Origin: Massalongia carnosa
Taxonomy: Eukaryota
Length of the DNA: 64,000 nt
Direction: 5' to 3'
NCBI GenBank assembly: GCA_965645245.1
Contig: OZ287075.1
Span: forward strand, 1,426,001 to 1,490,000
The translations under genes and the position numbers were made by a program. The notes under the pieces were generated by a model that did no database searches, was not told the origin of the DNA, and was given only the letters and a program-made list of their open reading frames with translations. This document shows, one piece after another, positions 37,132 to 48,764 of this stretch (position 1 is the stretch's first letter; each line of letters opens with the position of its first letter).

Positions 37132-39199
37132 AAATAGCTCCGTTGTGCTAGCTGGCTAGCATTGTCAATTATTTCATCATATGTTGGTGTGATTTAGTCA
37201 CGTTTGTGCTAGAAAAGTAGGTTCTTTCTCCGCGGAGATTGGGGTCAAAAACGTTGCCTTTAATATCAACAATTTTTCTTTCGGCTTTTTTCTTTTTTTT
37301 TTCTGGATATCTATCAGATTCGTAAGATGTATCGCCGGGATAGTTTGTTCGTTTGACGAGTAAACATTCGAATATTCTCAGAGAAACATTCAAAGCAGAG
37401 TAGACTCAGATTAGGATATAAAAATAGGATGATAGTGATTTGCAAAAGAAAGGTTGCCGGGAAGTAAAGCTATTGCCATTACCAGAGCGAGGACTGATCT
37501 TCAGAGTAATTTACGGTCGTACTAACAGAAGAGGATATATAGAGCGATAACAAGCAGCGGTAGATGCCAGTTCGGCAAGAGCTGTCCATATTTCACCGTA
37601 AGTATGCACAGATTCGTGGTTCGTGGTTTGAGCGGACGGACTCTCCCAGACTCCAAGCGGCTGATGAACCGATGTTTGACTCGAATTGCTTATTCCAAGA
37701 GCATGAATTGATGACTGAACACTTTTCTTAACAGCAAAGGTATCAATATAGTTAAAAAGCCAAGCGCAGCGACTCTCGGCGGTAATAAAAGTTAGACGGA
37801 TGAAAAGGGAAGCGAATGCATCTGAAGCGCGAGCTAAGCTTCGTATTGGGCGGTTGTCAATTTTCCTCTGCAGAATGCGCGACGATTATGTATCTTAGGT
37901 CCCGCTGTGCTGGGCAAGCCTCAAGGTAACTGGATGATGCTATATTTAGCAGCTATGCATACCCATTTTTCTTTTTGGATGGTGCTGATATTTTTTCCAT
38001 TGAAAATCTGTTTTATCCTTCCGAAATGACTCATACCAATTTTTCCGATTAGGTATGTTGTGTTAGAATCCTTAGGACTTTACTTGATGTGTTGGATTGC
38101 CATGAAAAGGACATAGAAACCCTGTCGCTCTGATTGATAGTAGAGGAAGAAAAGGAGATGGAAGTACCAGAGATAAGACCTTTGAAAATGAGGATGAAGT
38201 CGAGGTTTGCGCTGACATGTTTTTTTGAATGCAAGGATTTGAAAGTAGAAGGAGATTTTATAATTTTATACGATAATAAAAAGAAAATCTAGGGGAACTG
38301 CATGGAAAATTATACTTTGCGTTTTGAATGAGATTTGAAACTCCTTATCGCGTTTGATGAAAGTTATTTTTAGTATGGCTTTGAGAGTTCCTGTCCAGAA
38401 AATCTTAAAGTAAAGAAGAATTGTCGATTTCCAAGATACAAGTATTTATATTTCCAGACCTCGTCTTTACCGCAAAAACTTCTCCCGTGCTCTCAGAAAC
38501 AGCCCTTGCGCCAAACCGATATTTCTTTCGTTTAAAAGAAATACCTTAGTCTTATCGGCTCTGGGTTTCTCAAGCTGCCCTTAAGTCCGAGACAGTAGTA
38601 TGGCGCTCCATACGCTTTTCTAGCCCCGAAAGGCCGGGCCGGCGGCAGTGGCTACAAAACGGGCACTTTCCTCGTTCGGCAGCTGGGCGTGCACCTCACT
38701 TGAGCATAGTTATCTCATTAATGATAAAAGCTTAGCGACCGTAAATCACATGCCCAGGACAGGTAACACAAGGTGCCGCATCGATGAAGCTTGAACATCT
38801 GAGGCAGCACATCTTTCTCAGGCTCCGAAGCTTCTGCGGCGTAGCCTTGGCGCTATTTTGGGGCGCTAGTTCGACAGGAGAGGGACAGAATGTGCAGCGA
38901 TTTATGTTAAGAATGAAAACGAGTTACCTTTTGGATTGAAGAACCGAGTCTTATATAGTTTGCGTAAGGTGCGGTAATGAATGCAATAATGATCCATTTT
39001 TGATGACTTCTTGAGATTTTGGAGAGTCCGGTGTAGAGCAAGTTGACGTTAATCACTGAGATCTTCAACCTGCTGGCCGCGCATCAAGCGACGGTGCTTA
39101 GAGGTGGTAATTCTGCAGTATCGTGTCCTGTCAATTTCTTGATGGCTTGTAAGTTCATTGACGTTGCATTTATGCTGTACCAATAAAAGACTTCATGGC

Positions 39200-42100
39200 G
39201 GTATTATCAATGAAGATACTGCGGTCTCTTCCGATTTTATCGTCAGGCTCATTCAAACGCAGAACATAAGGCTCTTATGCAAAATTTCGGGAAAGTTTGG
39301 TATACCTTTTGTCGATTCAACCTTCCTCCGCGAATTTTTAGTATTTCCTAACACCTCCCATCCTGTGGGGCAGCCTGATTTATTGTATAGTGTTGTCTAT
39401 TTTTGCGAGGAACTAAGGATAATAGTTGTAGAGCATACCTAGAGAAACAGGGATAGTCAATGAAACAGAGGAAGTTCCATATATGTCTGTTCAAAGTATC
39501 GCGATGGGGTTTGTAATTTTTAGCGCGGCTGTATGAAAAACGAAGTATATGAGAAGTCATCGGAAAATCCGTCTGATGCAATGACAAACCATAACGTTTT
39601 CCAAGGTTCAGAGAAGTAGATTAAGGTTAACTCGGTTCTCATTGGATCCTTGTTTTTGGCGTTTTTTAAAATGGCAAGGGAAGCTAATAATATAGTAAGT
39701 CTTTGGAGATCCCTTCGTTGTGGCATTTCCTCCTCCCCATTGAACTGTCATATATATTGGAACATGGATGGAGGAAAAACTTGAGAAACTTGTTCTTTAT
39801 GTAGGATCGCTACTACCATGTGCTGATTTAGTCTTCCTCTGGAAGAATGTCTATAAAGTGAACGTTTTCGTTTAAAAATCTCGTCTAACATGTCATCCTT
39901 TCACAGTTAGCCAATTTTTTATATATTTGCTTTGGTACCACATGACCATACATGAAATCAGGATAAGTTATATAACCTTAGCTTTCTGTTAAAGCTTAGA
40001 GCCATCTATATTCGCTACCCATGTTTACAGTGAAAATAGCGGTGTAGTTGTTGCTAGTGCAAAATATTCTAAAATATTAAGCAATCTTCACCATTTTTTG
40101 CAGGAAGGTCGTCAGAAGATACGGATCAGAGGGCGAGCCAAAACGCAGTTCTTGTCAATTAGCGAGAAAATTGAAGGGGTGCGTGAGTACGTAAGCCTTC
40201 CAATATGGTCCAACATGATCCGTATCGCCACTTTGTCGAATCTCATCTCTCGTCTTAGAAGCAACATATATTCAGCATTCTAGACCTGAGGCAGCATGTA
40301 TTTCCTATTTAGAAAGCCATAACAAACAATCCATAGGAGGCTGTGACTAAGTCTTGGACAGAATTAACGACTCTGCTCCATACCAAGTGACGTTCCGAGT
40401 TATACAAAAATATCTTGAACGTTGATATAGCGATAGGAACAACACACTAAGCTTGTAGTTAAGAGGTAAATTAGGAACACATAGCATTACTCCCGATTAA
40501 GGAAGGCGAAGGTGAAAGCTGGTAGAAAAGTGTTTCTAGTGGGGTTCGGTAAAATTATCGTCTGTTTTCGGGGTTATATATTTCTTTACAGTAGGTGTTG
40601 CCAAAAAACCTTGTAGAGCCCAGAACCTCCCAAGAACGGAATTGCGCGGACAAAAGAACTTTCCTTATGATAACTTGCACAAGACGCTTGTTGATCCTCG
40701 CTCTGCGAAGAGAAACCCCACCTATAAATGATAAAGGAAGTGCTATGAATGGATTTTTACAAAAAACTTGAATCATTCCCAGAAGGTGTAGCTGCGTGGT
40801 TCCAAGAACAGAGGGTTATTCGCTACATCTTCTGGAGACCATCGTAGTTTCTGCTTAGCCAAACCCGATAGCAGTAAAACGTCCAGTTTCAACAATCATG
40901 GTTGAAACTTCAGACAGGTAAGAAGGATGCTCGCATTCATCAAGCATGAACACAATCGTTTAATCGAAGGCTTTATTAGCTCTGTTGTTTAAAAAACTGT
41001 CAGATTCCTACAAAGGTGATTAACAATCTCGCTAGCGGTGACAGTATCTAGATCGAGCACATAGGGGCCCCAGTTTTTACTTTGCGAGGTCTTGAATCTT
41101 TTCGGTGGATCTAGCTGTTGTGCTAGTAGCAAGCGTCAGCTGATATGGTTATCCATATTCAGCTCACTGACTTTCATAACTGGGCGGCCCTTGCTTCGAG
41201 TATGGGAAATTTGCATCCCAGATTTCTTATTGATCTCTAATGTTCGGAGTCAACGAACTTTGATAGCATTCGGGCAAAAAGCTGGAAAGTCTTCATCTAT
41301 TTCTCTAAATACCAAATGACCCAATATGTCTCCACGGTGTTTTATCTTCGTTCATTTTTCTAGTTGAGGGTTCGGCCAAGTGCCTCCCCCAACCATTTCC
41401 AGATTCGTTGACAAAATTTCCGCCGCAGCTGAAGTCCTGCTAGAGTCCAGACGCTTCCGGACATTGTATATAGAGTACACTTCTCTATTTTTTATCGCTC
41501 AACTTATATCCAAACACCCATTTTGTATCTCAAATAGCCAAGAGGTACCGAAGAATATACCCTCCTACTCTATGAGATATGTTTTATTGGCCTTGCAATC
41601 CCTTTAACAAGTTGTAAAAGCTGGCGCGCGCTCGTCCTTTACTGGACTTGATTTAACCTTTGGCCAAACTGAAGAGTTAGAAGTGGCGAGATCAAGTCAA
41701 GGAGCCAAATCTTTCCTAGGTCAGCGCTATTTTAGGTAGGTATCCGTAGGTAGTGGTGTGGTTATCAGCAGCAGATGGAAGATGCTATTAATTACCTATC
41801 AGGCCGAGTCGCTGTCTTTGTTGGAGCCGTAGATATTGCTACATGACAACTGTCCATTGGTCTTGTCATAGACAAACCAAAACCCTTCTGATCCTACAAG
41901 GCCCCTAATCGCTGCAGGGGTGTGAGTGGAAGAAAAGAGGCCAGGATAATGAAAGTCCTTATCGAAGGGAAGCTAGTACTAGCGCCGATCTTGCACCTTA
42001 CATTTGACGCCCATAATTGATGGGCTGTTTGATGAGGGTGTCCGAAATCTCCCAAGTCGGTTAGTGGGTCCGAAAATCTACTTTAAGTAAAGTACTAGGC

Positions 42101-43510
42101 AAGTAACACCAGTCGTAAACACTAATTTTTTCTCTGAATTTTATTGACCCTATAAGCCGCTGTGTAACTTATACTATCTTCATGTAGATCCATCAATATG
42201 GTTATGATGTTGACTAGGCAGATCAATTCATCGAGACCTGAGCCGCTCACTTTGATCGGCTTCAATGGTCTGCGCGAATCCCGGGCCAGAAGAATAAAGG
42301 GAGTTTATCAGGTTGATTGAGAAGAACGTTTTGAATTCGAGTTTACAAACATTGTTTTAGTCATGACTTAATGTTAGTTGACCTGAACATGTGCTTGGAT
42401 AACTTGATGCGTTCTTTTTCGAGAAACATCTTCTAAACCTCCTAGTTGCCTGAGTTTCGTTCTTGAAAAAACCAATCCGCCCATCGTTCTCAGGATTACA
42501 TTGATCTCTCCCTGTCCGATCTGGAAAGCCCAACCGCTTGCAAGATGGTTAGCATTACTGGGTACGTCCATAAAGATCATATTTGAGCATGACTGGTGAA
42601 GTGGCTTGCAGGGGGATTCGTGGAAGCTGCTGATATCTTTCGAAGATTCTACGGTTAAGGTGTATAGAGTAGTTAGCAGTAATAATATCCACAGTATGAA
42701 CACTTCCCTAAGTTGTTGGATAGAAAAGCCCTGTCAACAACGTAATTTCCAAATAATGATAGCGTATACTTTCATACATATAACCCCATTAATGAAGCAG
42801 AATTGTTGGACAAGTATATATAGCTTCCTCCATTTATAGTTGCTATTAGGATAACTCCTATATGCGCTTCTGATCCGAGCTAGAGACCTGTATAGCGTGA
42901 GCTAAGTCCATCCATCGGCCAAAAAAAGTTTGGTGGAAGCACTTATTAGTCCCATTTTTCAAAAACTTCAAGTCTATACATGCCGAGCATCAATACGTCT
43001 CCAGTAAGGAACGCCGATAAACGCGTCGCAAGAAAATGGCTAGTGGGTGGCCTCGGTGCCATTTGCGTGCTTAACTTGTATTCCAGAAAATAAGTCAAAG
43101 AGAGTCATCCTCCGGGCCGTGGGGTTGCTGCGCTTCCCATTCTCCACGAATCCTATTCCTCGCTTCATTACATCTCATTCAACCCCACCGTGGGGCATCA
43201 CTGGAGCCAGCTCCCTGAAAATGTCTTACTAGATAGGGTGATTTCTTACCTTCTATCTTGACAATCAATCCCTCGAGGTCATGCCGGAGGATTCAAAGTT
43301 GTCTCTTGCGAGATCTAGCCCGCTCTTCTTGGGTTGCCAGTCGTACCTTACCAGCACAGCCCGCAATGAAATATGTTTTTCGCGTCTGTGTTGTTGTCGG
43401 TACTCAGTTTTTGCCGGTTGAGCCTTCCTTGGTATTCCCTTCATGAGCTTATCATACATGGCGATGATGTCAATAGAATCTGATTTAAAAGCCCGGTGCA
43501 GAACACGCAA
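39200..43510 (-). pseudogene. Heavily decayed NLR-like relic (alpha/beta-hydrolase-like N-terminus, possible NACHT)
   Basis: Ordered degenerate motifs RVLHRAFKSDSIDIIA, FFWPMD...ARIRSAY, INVILRTMGGLV, SEPWKTLW, LLIYFVFH...AIL and YVLRLNEPDD, broken by many stops and frameshifts. By-eye resemblance only. Confidence 0.35.
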
Positions 43511-44448
43511 ATCAAGACTTGTTTTCTCTCGATCTTATGTTCATTAACGTTACAACCTCAAAAAAAGTTCTATAAAAGCATTCATGCAAGAAAAAAGTAA
43601 TGGATGGATCCATGTTTATTAACAGTTGATAAGAACTGAAATTGCAATGATCAGTTAAGTATAGAGAATGAACGAAAAGCAAACCTAAGACATAGCGCAC
43701 AGTTTTAAAAAAACTTCAGCTGGAAAAATATCTTCCACAAAAAAGAATGAGCTTCTTTTGAATTTTCATATTTACCACCGCAGCAGTGCGTCGATGGCGG
43801 ACTGAAGGCCGTCATGGTTAGTGAGAGCAAAGCGGCGCAGCTTGCATGAATGAGATTATACTCGTTTTTGATAATATATGTATTGTAGGTAAAAAGACTG
43901 GTAGATGGTCTAACAAATAACAAGAAAATAATGAAATGAATGAAAGGGCAAGAGACACGGAAAAGTGGAAATGAGGTTTTTGTGATAGCTATCTTATAAA
44001 TGTTTCACGATGTACTGAAGAAAGGCATACATAGTGGACAGCGCAGACGAGTGGAGTATACTAAAGGTGCTTTGAGGACGAGTAAAGGACATGGCGTGGT
44101 ATTATCAATGATAGGACATGGAACTTTTTTAAAAACTGAAAGGTGATAGAGGCTGGGAAATAGAATATTGTGAAAGAAGCAAGCTCAAGATTTGTTGGTA
44201 CCTTGGTGGGCGAAGTTTCCACGTGAAGGCTGCGGTGAATTGGCAAGCTTTCGCCTCAGACCGGTAACTGAGTGGTTAAGAGGTAACGAGAATATGCCAA
44301 TCTCCTGGAGAAATAGCAAAATGGAGATTATGACATTGCATCAGATAGAAATCTAGCATTACATATTTTCTTCCTCGTAAATAAAAATCCGCAGCCGAGA
44401 CGTTTTACCCAAAAGGCCACGTCCAAGCTTTGACCAGGAACAGGCCCG

Positions 44449-45151
44449 TCACTCATCTTCGTTTTCGACTTCATCGAGGTCATTCTCTTTTGGAACCACG
44501 GCACCTTTTGCTTTTTTCGCGGCAGCTACTGGGCCGCTTGTCTTGGCGGTAACCTCCGGAGCGTCATCGCCGCTCTCGCCTTCGATGTCGTCTTCTTCTT
44601 CGCCCTCTTCCTCGCCGGGCACGGCTACAGCATCTTCGTCGTCGGATACATCTTCAGGCTCCTCTTCATCGCTTAGTTCTTCAGGCTCAGCTAACTTGGT
44701 TGGCGCTGTCTTGCGTTTCTTGGAAGCCGGGGGAGCTTTAGATGATAGCAATCAGATATCAGTAGGATAATATGAGTGATACTCGGTAGGCCCACCTTCA
44801 GCACCGTTTTTCTCCTCCTCAGAAGATACATCGTCTTCGTCAACGTCAGAGGCGTTTGATTCCTCGTATCTGCGGATTTGTGAGTAGGGTGTACTCAAAC
44901 GAGAGCGCGAAGCTGGGGAAAGTAAGGATTGATGATTGCCTGCTAGAAGTTGTGCGCAGAGATGAAAGGATTGGTTTTCTTGCTAGAATGAAAGAGAGGA
45001 TGACGGTTTTTGCGACGTGCAAGAACTCCAAAATCAATTGATGACGTCAAGGTAGCCTTGCTTACTCTTCTTCATCGTCACTTCCCTCACTAGGGAGCGC
45101 CTGCAACTCCTCCTCCTCCTCGGCATCCTGCTTTCGCTTTCGAGTCGACAT
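44449..45151 (-). CDS. Small acidic, probably nuclear hypothetical protein (3 exons)
   Basis: MSTRKRKQDAEEEELQALPSEGSDDEEE, intron, YEESNASDVDEDD..., intron, APPASKKRK...; two basic NLS-like clusters and D/E tracts. Confidence 0.75.
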
Positions 45152-45997
45152 TATATAGCTTTAGCGACGGCGATTTCACGAATTGGGTGGGTTGATAACT
45201 TTGGGGAAATCGACGGGAGGGGAAAGGAATCGAAGGAGGAACAGGGAAGAAGAGCTGAGGTCGAAGGAAGCTCCATGGGGTACGGAATTATAAATAACTT
45301 ACATTACTTACACTATTGTTTAGCGGTGAGGATCAAGTTTTGGGGCCTTGTTTGGAAAGGGCAAGCTCGACAGTTCCGCACGCAAAAATCAAGAGCAAAT
45401 GTTATTTTCGGCCTTCTCCGTCTCGGACGGGAGGCATAAAGCGGTACGAAGCGAGCGAATCAGTTTCAGCAAAATCCGAACGCCGCATTCTGGCCCTTGC
45501 AGGGATGGTTCCTCGGTCAGCGGTAGGTAGGTCTCGCAATGACGACTTTCACCCGTAACTTATGCAAAGCGGTGCGATGCGATGCAATGCGATGCGCCCA
45601 GCTTGGATAAAATGCCATTTGCATCGAAGAGGTACCTACATCTTTCGAACTACTCCCGTACCTAACTATACAAGCTCTCGTACAGAGTGATCGGTTTAAA
45701 GGACATCTCCATCTCAAGCCCCCGACCTGCGCCGTCCGGGGTATTCCTGTGATACATGGGACGTTGTAAGCTACACTGACTCTGCATCATGCATCGAAGC
45801 ACAGCTTGCGAGTAAGAAGGTTGGAGCACGCCTCTCGATCGATGGCGTTAAGGAAAGATGCATAATGTAACAAAACGTGTCCGAGCTTTGGCTTAAGCTC
45901 ATTGTCTGGTTTAGTTGACGACGGTACAATACCTATGGAGTAGCTGCAGCAAATGTCCTTCATTCAATATAGCTTTCTCGAGTCGCTGCGATTACAT

Positions 45998-47585
45998 TCA
46001 AGCTCCTACCTCTACTCTTCCCCTATCCCATAATCCCAACTCAGCGCCAAAACTCTCCCTTTCGAAAAGTTTGCCTCGATCCCAACCCCAAGCATGGCTG
46101 AAAGTGATAGCATCGTCGTCAATCAAATAGGTTAGATCGTCACTTTCAGGCGGGAGAGGAACTCCGTTTCCGGCTTTGGGGTAGGGAAGAGGATCGGTCT
46201 CGGAATATAAATCGAAAGTATCCTCTTCTTCAATAGATACCGGGAGAGCATTTATGAGCGCTGGGAGATTTTCCTTTGCTGAAGACGATGACGTCGGTGT
46301 AATGGATTGTATAGCGGAAAATATTGGCAGATCTGGGTACAGGTTTGTAGCGTGCAGCAGGAGGAAAATCAGTTGAGAGTGCGGAAGGGTGGATAAGTAC
46401 CGGCGTTTCTATTGTGTTGTGAGTAGTTAATGGTAAGCTGTATAATCGACGGTTAAAACACAAGAAAAGGGGTGAAAAAACAAAAACCCGTACCTCTACC
46501 ATAGTCATCCCTTCGGAGCTGATTTTCCCTTTCACCTGCGCCTTTGCTTCCTTTAGCAACTCACAATCTGCGCAAAACCATTCCATCTCTTCAATTCGCA
46601 CCACTTCGGCGTTGATACGTGGGTCATGGCAATGCTGGTGCCAGGGCGTATCACAACCATCACAAAAGACAATCATGTTACTTCCCGGACTGTGGCCCCT
46701 TCCACAATTCTTGCAGACACTGGCCTCACCTGGCTTTCTATGCCGTTTCTTCCCCTTTTTACCTTCATCGACCGCCCCTGACATCCTGTTTTGCACAGGA
46801 GGTTGCGATGCTGAATTGGCCTCGAGGTCTATGACAGCGGGCGTAAAGGCAGTAGCCTTAAATATGCGTCGCCCTGACCTTGACTGCGCTGGCAGAGGTG
46901 TAAATGTTTCTGAAGCATCCGTATCATCCTTGCTAGCTCCTTCCTCGTCATCGCTCGGTCTTCGCTTCCTTTTCAGTCCTCTTCCCACGCCCCCTGCCCT
47001 TTGCACCCTCGGTCGCCCGCCTCCTTTCCTTCTTCCTCTCCCTTTTCCATGGTTAACTACGCCTTCACCTCCTTCGACCTGGCTACCGCCGGCCGCCGCC
47101 GTACCCTTATCCACTTGCCCTTCAGCCTCGATTGCAGGCCGTCTTCCTCCCCTCCCTCTTCTCCCTCCAGTCTTCGCTTTGACTCTTGGTAAGGTGACGG
47201 GCACGGCTAAGTCCTGCGACGTAATCATTTGGCTGAGCACAGAGTCTCGCGCTGCCTGCCAGCTGGGTGAGTTGCGGCTGATTCCTGCCAGGTCATTGGG
47301 GATCAAGCCAGCCAAGACGGATTTCGCAGGAGCCGAAAGTGAAGGGAGTGGTGGGATTGGTGTAGATACTAGATTCGGGGTGGTGATTTGTGAGAGTGAA
47401 GAGGATATTGATGGGGTATTTGGAGCAGGAAGCCCCGAAGGGGAGAGGGTCTGTTGGTGAGCGGACTGTTGAAATGGGGACGGATAGGGTAGGATTCTTT
47501 GGAGCGACGGAACGACATAATTCCTGGGTGTTTCCACGGCATTGTGGTATGAGTGTAGAGTTTGTGGACGCGAGGAGGAGGACAT
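45998..47585 (-). CDS. PHD-finger protein (Phf1/Phf2-like; 2 exons)
   Basis: CKNCGRGHSPGSNMIVFCDGCDTPWHQHCHDP...WFCADC; RGRG motifs; second exon KRRYLSTLPHSQL...YPKAGNGV...FSH ends at TGA 45998. Confidence 0.85.
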
Positions 47586-47633
47586 TTTGGATGTGAAGTG
47601 GACCAAATATACCAAAAGGGAGAAAAGGTAGAG

Positions 47634-47716
47634 TTATATCGAAAGCGAATTATATCAAAAGCGAATTATATCAAAAGCGAATTATATCAAAAGCGAATTA
47701 TACCAAAAGCGAATTA
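47634..47716. repeat. 16-bp minisatellite (AAAAGCGAATTATATC), about 5 copies
   Basis: GCG core recurs at 47645, 47661, 47677, 47693 and 47709. Confidence 0.95.
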
Positions 47717-48358
47717 ACTAGCTACCGGCGGTGTGATTAGTGGATCGCTTGTCTACTCTATCATACGTTACGTAGTTATCTACGAACACGAAAGCTAACT
47801 ACTCTACTGGTAGTTAACTTAGCTACTCCGTACGTATGTGGGACAAAGGTACCTGCTCCGTGCATACCCGACAACCCAAGGCGTTTCAATCTTTAACTGC
47901 GCACAAAGCCATCTACAAGTAGGTGCGCCCCAAATCACCAGTAGAATGAAAGTAGATCTCATGCTTAGTGTCATGCTTCATCTAGAGCTATTGTGAAAGA
48001 CATTCATGTCTCATTGCCTACTACACCATCTGTCGACATGGAGTTGTTAGGGCGACCAAACCACGGTGTTGAAGCAGGTAGGCACTTAAGCGCTCAGTTC
48101 TGAACGACTCTCTTTGGAGTTAATAGCAAAGCCTAAGGTGCCTTTACCGGAGCTGTAATAGCTCGATTATTGAACGATTATAACGAGGAGGATAGGATAT
48201 TGAGCGAATCCTTTCACGCTTGGCTGGAAAGTGAATAATAGATTATCGGAGAAGCTTTTCTATGATCGATATAGTCATTTGCCGATGAACTGATCAACTT
48301 TGATTAAACAACAGATTTTGGGGAGTTCGCTGAATGAAAAGGCCAATAGGTCCATGGT

Positions 48359-48369
48359 GGATTCGAACC
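48359..48369 (-). promoter_or_regulatory. Consensus Pol III B-box (GGTTCGAATCC) upstream of BRF1
   Basis: Plus strand GGATTCGAACC; no good A-box; directly followed by ACGCGT at 48371-48376. Function inferred only. Confidence 0.45.
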
Positions 48370-48764
48370 AACGCGTGTTTCAATTGTCACGACTCGGACG
48401 AAGCAATGGACGACGAGTTACATAAGCGAGGATTAGTTAGCGAGAACATCGAAGTGACTCGACTCGACCATTCCCCGCGTGCTTCACCCTCTCCGTCTTC
48501 TTTCCAGTTACACCACACAAGCCAGGTTTTTCATTATCTCCAATTACTTTGCCCAGCGCGACGCCATCTCTCGTTTCCCTTATCATTCTCTCCTGCTCCT
48601 TGCTCAGCTTAGGGCTTTCAAGAAACGATGGCGTAAAAGGGACCGATGATTCTGCTGGGAATGAATCAATTCGCTATTTTCTGTTCATAAGTTGCTATAT
48701 GCGAGCTGTTATGATCATTCATTTCTCAAAGTATTATTCGACAGACTAATCGGTGAGCTCAACA

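Noticed and set aside
29200..44400. Starship-type giant transposon in the gene-poor tract near the tRNA
   Set aside because: No tyrosine-recombinase captain ORF or boundary direct repeats recognised.
46612..47460. 282-aa plus-strand ORF and similar long antisense ORFs over the LINE, BRF1 and HIR3
   Set aside because: Antisense shadows of real coding sequences.
47634..47716. Regular short repeats resembling a CRISPR array
   Set aside because: Head-to-tail tandem units without spacers, in a eukaryotic context.
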